Origin: Candidatus Kaiserbacteria bacterium
GTDB lineage: Bacteria > Patescibacteriota > Minisyncoccia > Phycocordibacterales > UBA918
Assembly (NCBI GenBank): GCA_043771035.1
Contig: JAYVHQ010000063.1
Span: 1 to 40,640 of the forward strand
Reading direction: 5' to 3'
Length of the DNA stretch: 40,640 bases
Part shown: positions 33,600-40,640 of the stretch, in pieces
How the letters are laid out: every line of letters starts with the position of its first letter
Position numbering within the stretch: position 1 is the stretch's first letter
The notes under the pieces: generated by a model
Databases searched by the model: none
The model's input: the letters and a program-made list of their open reading frames with translations, nothing else
Told to the model about the DNA's origin: nothing
Position numbers and translations under genes: made by a program

Positions 33600-34631
33600 A
33601 TGAGACTTGAGAACTTTTGGTATACTCAAGCAATGCATCCTAGTGAAAAACCAGAACTTAGTGAGCAGCACAAGCCAATGTTGGTTTTTCGTAACAAACC
33701 AAGAATATCTGAGCACAAAATAGACCAACCCTTTAATGAAATGAAAAAGGAGTTCATACCGTACGTTGAACAGTTTGTTGCTGGACATAATTTATTTAAA
33801 AATGAAGATGAAGTTGGCATTACATTTGCCCATAAAGGAGTTTCTTCGATAATCACTATTTTAGATACCGCGTCTAATAAATGGGTACTAAAAATCCCCC
33901 GCAGTAAAGAACTATCTGCTGGTGAAGGTCAATTCTTTACGGTCTGGGAACAAGCTGGCATTTCCGTTCCTCATGTTCTAGAAACAGGAGAAATGCACGG
34001 CCTCCCCTACACACTCATGGATTTTGTTGATGCGCCGACAATAGATACCGCCTACAGCCAAGAGGAATTGCTGGGTAACAAGATGTTTGTGGAAATGGGT
34101 CGAATACTACGTGTTATGCACTCAGTTAATGCGGACGGCTACGGCTCTGTAGTGGACGAGGAACCTGAATTTAAAACAGTTGAGGAGTGGCTGGCTGGTA
34201 AAGATATGAGAATGCGGTTTGACTACATTGAAGAACACGGTCTACTCAAGGGATTTGAAAATGTATTACAAAAGTCTATTGAAGTAATAAAAAAACATGC
34301 AGAAACTAGTCAAAGCACCTATTGTCACGCAGATTTTGGTACAGCAAATATGTTTGCGACTAATCCCCTAACAATTTTTGACTGCAATCCAAAATTTAAC
34401 AGCGGTTATTATGATTTGGGTAGAATAAAATTTGGACAAATTACAGCCAAGAATACTCCAGAAGTTTTTGAGCAAATGCTCAATGGCTACTTCGAGGATG
34501 AAGAGTGTGATGACGAGATCCTAATGGCATATACTTTCCTTGCTTTCTGCATGAAGGCTTGGTATTGGCATCAAACTGGAAAAGTAGAGCAATTAGAAAC
34601 TGCCAAGCAATATTTTATTGAAAATAATTAA
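33600..34631 (+). CDS. aminoglycoside/choline-kinase-type phosphotransferase (APH family)
   Basis: 343 aa with WVLKIPRS (Lys region), catalytic CHADFGTANMF (HxDxxxxN) and IFDCNP. The true start is uncertain. Confidence 0.75.
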   Translation: MRLENFWYTQAMHPSEKPELSEQHKPMLVFRNKPRISEHKIDQPFNEMKKEFIPYVEQFVAGHNLFKNEDEVGITFAHKGVSSIITILDTASNKWVLKIPRSKELSAGEGQFFTVWEQAGISVPHVLETGEMHGLPYTLMDFVDAPTIDTAYSQEELLGNKMFVEMGRILRVMHSVNADGYGSVVDEEPEFKTVEEWLAGKDMRMRFDYIEEHGLLKGFENVLQKSIEVIKKHAETSQSTYCHADFGTANMFATNPLTIFDCNPKFNSGYYDLGRIKFGQITAKNTPEVFEQMLNGYFEDEECDDEILMAYTFLAFCMKAWYWHQTGKVEQLETAKQYFIENN

Positions 34632-34690
34632 TAGATACTCGCGCTTTTAAATTCAAGTATTAGAAGATATAACTTATAAACTAACCCAAT

Positions 34691-35188
34691 ATGTCTGAAC
34701 AAAAATTAATTATCATTCGAGGGAACTCTGGGTCGGGGAAAAGCACTGTCGCTGAAAAATTACGGGTAGCTCTCGGTGGCAAGGTAGCAATAGTCGGACT
34801 AGACACATTACGCCGTACTATTTTAAGAGAACCCGACCAACTTGAAAACACAGACATTATTGGGTTAATAGAACAGACTGTTACCTATAGTTTAGATAAA
34901 GGATACACTGTAATCATAGAAGGAATACTTTCAAAGCCGAAATATCGAAACTTGTTGATAAAACTAATGGAGTCTACCTCTTGCAAATCAAGTGTTTTTT
35001 ACATTGATGTTTCTATTGAAGAAACTATAGAACGACACAAAACTAAACCCATCGCTACTGAAGTTACTGACGAACAATTACGTTCTTGGTATCAACCGAA
35101 AAATTATCTTGATGTTCCTGGTGAAGTAATCATTGGTGAGACGTCTACTTTAGAAGAAACAGTTAATTTGATACTAAAGTCGGTATAA
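34691..35188 (+). CDS. P-loop kinase-like ATPase (AAA_33 / zeta-toxin-like fold)
   Basis: 165 aa with Walker A GNSGSGKST near the N-terminus and VIIEG as a Walker-B-like strand. Confidence 0.65.
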   Translation: MSEQKLIIIRGNSGSGKSTVAEKLRVALGGKVAIVGLDTLRRTILREPDQLENTDIIGLIEQTVTYSLDKGYTVIIEGILSKPKYRNLLIKLMESTSCKSSVFYIDVSIEETIERHKTKPIATEVTDEQLRSWYQPKNYLDVPGEVIIGETSTLEETVNLILKSV

Positions 35189-35248
35189 AAATCGATGTAT
35201 CGTTCCTCCTCTCAAACACAGTTCTAACATCTCTATACAGAGACTGTA

Positions 35249-35331
35249 CAGGTTGTCGCTATTTCTAAAAAATAGCTGGCAACCTCTTGCGGAATGGGTC
35301 CCAATCCCATTCTTCACTCTACGACGTCGCC
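35249..35331. repeat. intergenic repeat family B, second copy
   Basis: CAGGTTGTCGCTATTTCTAAAAAATAGCTGGCAACCTCTTGC (35249-35290) matches 1637-1678 except in the hairpin loop. A short hairpin and TTCACTC follow, as in the first copy. Confidence 0.85.
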
Positions 35332-35447
35332 GAATTTTTAGAGGTATATTTTATAAGGAATTTCTTAGCACTATGTCGATCAAACGGGTAGTTTCCTATG
35401 TCTTAGCTTGACCTAATAAGATTTTACTATAAAATGTACCTAACATT

Positions 35448-36362
35448 ATGATTCGTTTCGAACAAAAAAAATCAAGGAATACAAAGTATTATTACCTTAC
35501 TGAGAGAGTTTGGGTTAACAGTAAATACAAAAAAATACAGGTATTTATAGGTAAATCTGTACCTAACGATACTAAGCAGTTCTATACTACCCTAAAAGAA
35601 AAGGAGATTGTACTCATACCCAAGGTAAACGAATACCCCACTTCTGAACTACTCTCCGCGCATTACAAACATATTACTCTCACACAATTAGACTGGAAAT
35701 ATTTTATTGCCCAACTTTCTGCCGTAAAATACCAAAAAATAATTAACCAGTTTGCGATTTCATTTATCTACGAATCAAACGCTATTGAAGGAAGTCGCCT
35801 CTCGCAAAAGGAAGTGGCGGCAATTGTACTCAAGCAGTATGTAAAAAAGTCACTACCACGACATGAGGTGCAAGAAGCGGAAAATGCCGTGCGCGCATTT
35901 AATCATATTCAGTCGCAAAATTTTAAACTATCTCAAAAAAATATAAAACAATTACACGAAATCGTCATTTCCGGACTCAACATACCTTTTGGTTTTAAAA
36001 CAGAAGCGATTGTTGTTAATAACAAACAGACAACTAATCCAAATGACGTAAAGACTGAACTGAAGAAGCTCTTTACCTGGTACAAACAATCTAAACAGGC
36101 ATTACACCCCCTGGAGAGAGCTCTTATCTTTCATAATCGTTTTGAACATATCCACCCGTTTACTGATGGGAACGGGCGAGTTGGTAGACTAATCCTGAAT
36201 TGGATGCTACTGCAGGATGGTTACGGGGTAATTCTTTTTAAAAATCGCAATCGCGTGGCTTATTTTAACGCTTTGGATAAAGGAGACGAAGGTCGTTATC
36301 GCAATTTACTGACTCTGGCAAGTGAAACATACGTTGATACTATTTCAAATATTATAAAATAG
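35448..36362 (+). CDS. Fic-domain protein, class II (internal inhibitory helix)
   Basis: 304 aa with the Fic motif HPFTDGNGRVGR. The upstream SNAIEG fits the [ST]xxxE[GN] auto-inhibition motif. Confidence 0.85.
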   Translation: MIRFEQKKSRNTKYYYLTERVWVNSKYKKIQVFIGKSVPNDTKQFYTTLKEKEIVLIPKVNEYPTSELLSAHYKHITLTQLDWKYFIAQLSAVKYQKIINQFAISFIYESNAIEGSRLSQKEVAAIVLKQYVKKSLPRHEVQEAENAVRAFNHIQSQNFKLSQKNIKQLHEIVISGLNIPFGFKTEAIVVNNKQTTNPNDVKTELKKLFTWYKQSKQALHPLERALIFHNRFEHIHPFTDGNGRVGRLILNWMLLQDGYGVILFKNRNRVAYFNALDKGDEGRYRNLLTLASETYVDTISNIIK

Positions 36363-36382
36363 TCGGGCTTGGTACTATTTTA

Positions 36383-36847
36383 TTATTCAACAATCCGCAA
36401 CCGGCTGTATTCATGCTCTTCAAACTCTTTCCAGTACTTTTCTTCAAAGGGATGCATTATCACACCTAAGTAGCCACCAGATTTTTCTGACTGTTTGATT
36501 ATTTCTGCTTCTGAGTAGTGTTCAAATAAATCTCGACGGGCTAAATTTCTGGCTAAGTCTTGATAGAGAACCAAATCGTCGTACTCTTCCATAATTTCCA
36601 TATTTTTCACAAATACTTTATCTGCAATATGGTAGCCTTGTTCATCATGCTCGACCTGTTCAGCTAAACCTTGCGCATGTGCCTGCTCTAAGATACCCGC
36701 TTCGACTTTTTTCCACTCTCTAGCTCTGATGGCAATTTGTGGTGAATCAATAAAGTCATCAGCGTATTCGACGACACCCGTAGCTAAATCAATGATACTG
36801 AGCAACTGGGTTAAGTCTTTCTCTGATAGTTCAATATGCATATGCAC
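36383..36847 (-). CDS. acidic hypothetical protein
   Basis: 154-aa ORF rich in Glu/Asp, with no motif recognised. It is convergent with fic, separated by 20 nt. Confidence 0.45.
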   Translation of the reverse strand: MHMHIELSEKDLTQLLSIIDLATGVVEYADDFIDSPQIAIRAREWKKVEAGILEQAHAQGLAEQVEHDEQGYHIADKVFVKNMEIMEEYDDLVLYQDLARNLARRDLFEHYSEAEIIKQSEKSGGYLGVIMHPFEEKYWKEFEEHEYSRLRIVE

Positions 36848-36898
36848 ATATAGTAACTCAATTCACTTTGAAAATACAATGTAGCGTATACTACTCTT

Positions 36899-37537
36899 AT
36901 GTACTACTATATTTCAGGTGCGATTATTATAGGATTGATTGTGTGGACTGTTGGGAGTTATCTCGTTGTATGGTCGATTGAAGAACCCGCGTATACGGTC
37001 CTTGAAGTCCGCGAAGGGTATGAGATCAGGGAATATGCGCCGTACATCATGGCGGCAACTACTGTCACAGGAAGTTACGATCAGGCTACCAATCAAGGTT
37101 TTCGGATTATTGCTGACTACATTTTTGGTAATAATACCAAACGCGAAAGTATTGCGATGACGACACCGGTACTTGAAAGTCCCCAGCCCGATCTGTCAGA
37201 AAAAATTGCCATGACCGTACCGGTACTTGAAACAACAAGCGGAAACGCCACTAGAACAATTGCCTTTGTGCTGCCGTCTAAGTACACAATTGCTACCCTA
37301 CCTAAGCCAAATAACTCAGCTGTTATCCTTACTGAAGTTCCTGCACGTACAGTTGCAGCCCTGAGATACACCTGGTACCCCACTGAAACCCGTACAGCTG
37401 CTAAAAAAGATTTACTCATAAACTACCTCGTCCGCGACCAGAAAATTATAGCCGGCCTGATTGAAACTGCCCGATACAACCCACCAATCACTATGCCGCT
37501 GACGCTCCGTAACGAAATTTTGATTCCGATTGAGTAA
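36899..37537 (+). CDS. SOUL/HEBP heme-binding family protein, membrane-anchored
   Basis: 212 aa with an N-terminal TM helix, then EEPAYTVLEVREGYEIREY and FRIIADYIFGNN...IAMTTPV, typical of the SOUL family. Confidence 0.75.
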   Translation: MYYYISGAIIIGLIVWTVGSYLVVWSIEEPAYTVLEVREGYEIREYAPYIMAATTVTGSYDQATNQGFRIIADYIFGNNTKRESIAMTTPVLESPQPDLSEKIAMTVPVLETTSGNATRTIAFVLPSKYTIATLPKPNNSAVILTEVPARTVAALRYTWYPTETRTAAKKDLLINYLVRDQKIIAGLIETARYNPPITMPLTLRNEILIPIE

Positions 37538-37538
37538 A

Positions 37539-39011
37539 TTACTTTACTTTGTTATTTTTGCTACGAGAGCCATGTTTTTGATACACCTTTGCACTAACAA
37601 CTCGCCCCACAGGCGACTTCTTAAGAGCATAGAGAACGTCTTTCATGATTTTTGTCTCCGCTTTAAAGTCTATAATAGGTTTAGGATACTTCCCTAAGTC
37701 AATGGTCTGAAACAAAGCGATATCAGCAGCAGTGAAACTTGCGAGCTCAGGTACGTGCGCTTTAATAAAAATTGCTTCTGGATCATGATCCATCATCTGC
37801 TTCATAGGCGAATACACTCTAATAGTATTAATCCCGGTTACTCCGGTCTGCATCTGGACCTGGGTCGTATTGATGCCCGGTACATAATCAATCATAAACT
37901 TGGCTAATTCGTACTGAATTGTTTGCCAGGGTATGCGCAAGGCATGCACTGCAAATGAAGTGATCATGGCCCGGGAACGAAAGTTGAGCCAGCCATACTT
38001 TGCGTAATAGCGCATAGCGGCGTCAACTGTTGGGAAACCAGTCGTGCCGGTTTTCCAAGCACGTAATCTCGCCTCGCACTCTGACCCTGTCACCTCGGGC
38101 AGATTTCCCTTAAATATTTTGTTCGCAGGATAGAACTCCAGACTTACTTCATCTTCGAGTTTTTGGACAAAATGAGCATGCCAATACAGTCTAGATTGAA
38201 ATTTTGGGAGCGAGCGACGCCACCTGGCATCATACGCCGGATCAAGTTCTGCGAGTCGCCCCTGTGCTCCTTGCCACGCTTGTCTAAGTGACAATGTCCC
38301 CCACGCAAAATGGACCGAAAGTCTCGAACAAGCAGTGGGCGCAGTCAACATACTACTAATGCCGCCTGAATAAGCAGCGCCCCGCATCCGCAGAAAAGAC
38401 CGCAGGGTCTCCTGCGCTGCCCGTTCGCCCACCGCAGGTAGCGTTAGCGCGCTTATGACTCCTAATTTTTTCAAACTAGGCATCCGCCCTATAGCTATAT
38501 TTTTATCTGGTTTTAAAACACCCAATGTTTTAGGTAGCGGTAGAATTTTGCCATCAAGGACAGACTGAAAATGTTTCTGCCAGTCATTGCGGTTTTTCTT
38601 GCCCCGCCATAGCCCATTTTGGGCTACTTCATAAAAATGTATCCCTCGCTCGTGACACCACAAAGCGACCGCCCGATCACGGCTAAAAGTATGCGTCAGA
38701 CCAACTTCCATATGGGCATAGACAGCGGTGAAGGGATACACGCGGTGTAGGGCCTCGAGTTCAGTGAGGACACTCCCCTGACGTACCCATAAATCACTCC
38801 CGTGGTGCTGGAGATTTTTACGCAAGCTCGTGACTGACTCAAGGAGCGCATAACTATGCACATCACTCCAATCAGGACCCTGGATGACTAAGGGTTCAAA
38901 TACATACAGCGGCAGCACATTTTCAGCTTCACTACACGCCAAAGTCAGCGCTTCGTTATCAAGCAGTCGTGCATCTCGTTTGACCCACCAGATTACTCGT
39001 TCGTGCTTCAT
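37539..39011 (-). CDS. cryptochrome/photolyase family protein
   Basis: 490 aa with an N-terminal VIWWVKRDARLLDNEAL, CSRLSVHFAWGTLSLRQ, and the FAD-domain motif TGFPTVDAAMRYY...WLNFRSRAM. Confidence 0.8.
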   Translation of the reverse strand: MKHERVIWWVKRDARLLDNEALTLACSEAENVLPLYVFEPLVIQGPDWSDVHSYALLESVTSLRKNLQHHGSDLWVRQGSVLTELEALHRVYPFTAVYAHMEVGLTHTFSRDRAVALWCHERGIHFYEVAQNGLWRGKKNRNDWQKHFQSVLDGKILPLPKTLGVLKPDKNIAIGRMPSLKKLGVISALTLPAVGERAAQETLRSFLRMRGAAYSGGISSMLTAPTACSRLSVHFAWGTLSLRQAWQGAQGRLAELDPAYDARWRRSLPKFQSRLYWHAHFVQKLEDEVSLEFYPANKIFKGNLPEVTGSECEARLRAWKTGTTGFPTVDAAMRYYAKYGWLNFRSRAMITSFAVHALRIPWQTIQYELAKFMIDYVPGINTTQVQMQTGVTGINTIRVYSPMKQMMDHDPEAIFIKAHVPELASFTAADIALFQTIDLGKYPKPIIDFKAETKIMKDVLYALKKSPVGRVVSAKVYQKHGSRSKNNKVK

Positions 39012-39016
39012 ACGAG

Positions 39017-39502
39017 TTAGCGAATTATTTTTTGACTACGAAGTGTGTCAGTCATAAGTAATGAGACGTCCACAATATTCACCTGTTTTAGGACAGAAAA
39101 AGTATAGAGTGTATGATCGCCCGCTATTTCAGTAACTGTCTCTGGCAATAGTACCAAATAACCAGCTACGTCTTTAAAAAACGGCAGGCCATTCTCGTCA
39201 CCAAATTGATAACGTTTTTTAAGACGCTTCATTTTATCAATTTTTAAACCTGACAACTGACCACACACACGAACGACAGGGGCGAGTTCCTCACTTAGAA
39301 GTTGCAGCAAGACTGGCTTTGTTGGGGATTGTTTCAGGTTATCTAATGTCTTGGTACCATCATAGACTGCCACCATCATCAGCTTCGGCTCCATCGAGAC
39401 CGCAGTAACATAGGTGCAGATATTCATATTAGCTTGACCTAAAGCGTCGCTTGTGACCAAGCTCCATACCGCCAAGTTAGGCCTATTCCAGATTTTTCGC
39501 AT
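39017..39502 (-). CDS. flavin reductase-like (FMN-binding split-barrel) protein
   Basis: 161 aa. NMNICTYVTAVSMEPKLMMVAV resembles the Flavin_Reduct core. It lies 5 nt upstream of the photolyase gene, on the same strand. Confidence 0.55.
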   Translation of the reverse strand: MRKIWNRPNLAVWSLVTSDALGQANMNICTYVTAVSMEPKLMMVAVYDGTKTLDNLKQSPTKPVLLQLLSEELAPVVRVCGQLSGLKIDKMKRLKKRYQFGDENGLPFFKDVAGYLVLLPETVTEIAGDHTLYTFSVLKQVNIVDVSLLMTDTLRSQKIIR

Positions 39503-39542
39503 GAGTCTATTTTACCTTACTATCATGTAGTAAAATAGCTCT

Positions 39543-39797
39543 ATGAAAAAGCGAGTTTTTACTCCCCCAGAAATCGAGCAAATTATCCTCATGGCCTGGG
39601 GTGACACTATTTCGTTTGAAACAATTTTTCGGGAGTATAGTTTGACTGAGAATGAAGTTATTGTATTTATGCGACAAAACCAAACACCGCAAACCTATGT
39701 CAGGTGGCGTAAAAGAGTTGAGGGACGAAACGGCGATAGAAGCAAACACGAAGCTCTCTCCAAAGTAAGTTCGAGGCGACAAAAGTTCTCAATGTAA
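39543..39797 (+). CDS. TIGR03643/DUF2805-like small protein (photolyase-associated family, name from memory)
   Basis: 84 aa with PPEIEQIILMAWGDTISFETIFREYSLTENEVIVFMR. I preferred it over the antisense ORF 39507-39782. Confidence 0.6.
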   Translation: MKKRVFTPPEIEQIILMAWGDTISFETIFREYSLTENEVIVFMRQNQTPQTYVRWRKRVEGRNGDRSKHEALSKVSSRRQKFSM

Positions 39798-39837
39798 CTA
39801 ACTGTCCTTTTAGCTAAATGCTATACTGCTATTCATT

Positions 39838-40640
39838 ATGACAACAGCCATCAGACAGTATTTTCTTGGACCGATTATTATTGCCCTACTCGGGTTTGCG
39901 GCAGTGTGGTACGAGGCCGGGATATCCGCATTATTTATCGTAGTTATTTTATCAATTCTTGAAGTTACCCTTTCCTTTGACAACGCTGTGGTTAATGCCA
40001 GAGTACTCGAAAAAATGAGTCCCGTATGGCAGAAGCGATTTCTGACGTGGGGTATTCTGATTGCGGTGGTTGGTACAAGACTGGTACTACCTATCGTGAT
40101 AGTAAGTGTGGCAGTCTGGGCTTCCCCTTGGTTTATTACTAAACTCGCCTTTTCTGATCCAGAAGCCTACGGAGTACTCCTCGAAGGCGTCCGCGGTGCT
40201 ATCACTGCTTTTGGAGGAATTTTTCTGCTGATGGTGTCGCTAAAATATTTTTTTGATGTTGGTAAGTCTGTGCACTGGATTTCTCAGATTGAACGGCATT
40301 TTGTAAAATGGGGTCGGATGGAAGCACTCGAAATCGCTATCGCTATCGCAGTTTTAATTGGAATATCGTTTGTTTCACCATTTGATCAGGCGTCAATCCT
40401 CGTCGCTGGTTTTGTTGGACTACTCTTATTTATTTTAATGGAGGGAATTGGGGGGTCGCTCTCACTTGAAAGTAACCAGGTTGCCAAAAGTGGACTGGTA
40501 TTATTTATCTACCTCAACATTCTCGACTCGGCTTTTTCCCTCGACGGTGTCATCGGCGCGTTTGCTCTCTCAAGCAATCTCCTCATTATTGTGACTGGGC
40601 TTGGTATCGGAGCTTATTTTGTTCGTGCCTTTACCCTCTA
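39838..40640 (+). CDS. DUF475/TerC-like integral membrane protein (3' end beyond the window)
   Basis: Absent from the track because it has no stop in the window. From the ATG at 39838 it reads MTTAIRQYFLGPIIIALLGF...LEVTLSFDNAVVNARVLEKM...FLTWGILIAVVGTRLVLP. Confidence 0.7.
   Translation, partial: MTTAIRQYFLGPIIIALLGFAAVWYEAGISALFIVVILSILEVTLSFDNAVVNARVLEKMSPVWQKRFLTWGILIAVVGTRLVLPIVIVSVAVWASPWFITKLAFSDPEAYGVLLEGVRGAITAFGGIFLLMVSLKYFFDVGKSVHWISQIERHFVKWGRMEALEIAIAIAVLIGISFVSPFDQASILVAGFVGLLLFILMEGIGGSLSLESNQVAKSGLVLFIYLNILDSAFSLDGVIGAFALSSNLLIIVTGLGIGAYFVRAFTL

Noticed and set aside
39507-39782. 91-aa minus-strand ORF
   Set aside because: It is antisense to the better-supported TIGR03643-like ORF (39543-39797) and has no recognisable features.

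Overview
40.6 kb of bacterial chromosome using the standard genetic code: TAA, TAG and TGA all end conserved genes at the expected lengths. GC is moderate. Intergenic regions are short, and many start codons have a -10-like hexamer 6-10 nt upstream with no Shine-Dalgarno. The gene content looks like a reduced-genome Patescibacteria/Saccharibacteria-type organism, but that is inference only.

Layout:
(1) 1-21.7 kb is housekeeping. It begins with a partial argS. A dense thymidylate/deoxynucleotide neighbourhood follows: glyA, a MazG-like gene, dut, thyA, folA, a dCMP deaminase fusion and nrdB-nrdA. Interleaved with these are two HIT-like paralogs, a SAM methyltransferase, an HldC-like nucleotidyltransferase, a CofE/COG1478-like ligase and a degenerate Nudix. 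This stretch also holds a broken secE-nusG-[RHH ORF]-rplK cluster without rplA, a SIMPL protein, a matrixin-like protease, mscL and a YibE/F protein.
(2) tRNA-His (21976-22051) is followed directly by an AT-rich island of about 10.7 kb. It carries a large serine recombinase interrupted by one in-frame TAA. It also carries a winged-helix-like protein plus a small membrane protein with three 13-mer sites, and a Gabija pair (gajA/gajB). A type II R-M operon there (m6A MTase, then REase) has an extra small PD-(D/E)xK gene.
(3) 32.9-36.8 kb is a second accessory stretch. It holds a strikingly GC-rich secreted-protein ORF, an APH-type kinase, a P-loop kinase and a class II Fic protein.
(4) 36.9-40.6 kb holds a SOUL heme-binding protein, a photolyase/cryptochrome, a flavin reductase-like protein, a TIGR03643-like protein and a partial DUF475/TerC-like membrane protein.

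A family of long hairpin-forming intergenic repeats (GTGGATTGCCGCG...CTCGCAAAGACG) occurs at least 6 times. A second repeat module is nested inside one of those copies.

No rRNA and no CRISPR array were found. The best candidates for undescribed biology are the uncharacterised genes riding with Gabija and R-M in the tRNA-His island, and the unassigned enzymes embedded in the thymidylate-cycle cluster. All family names come from motif recognition by eye; no searches were run.
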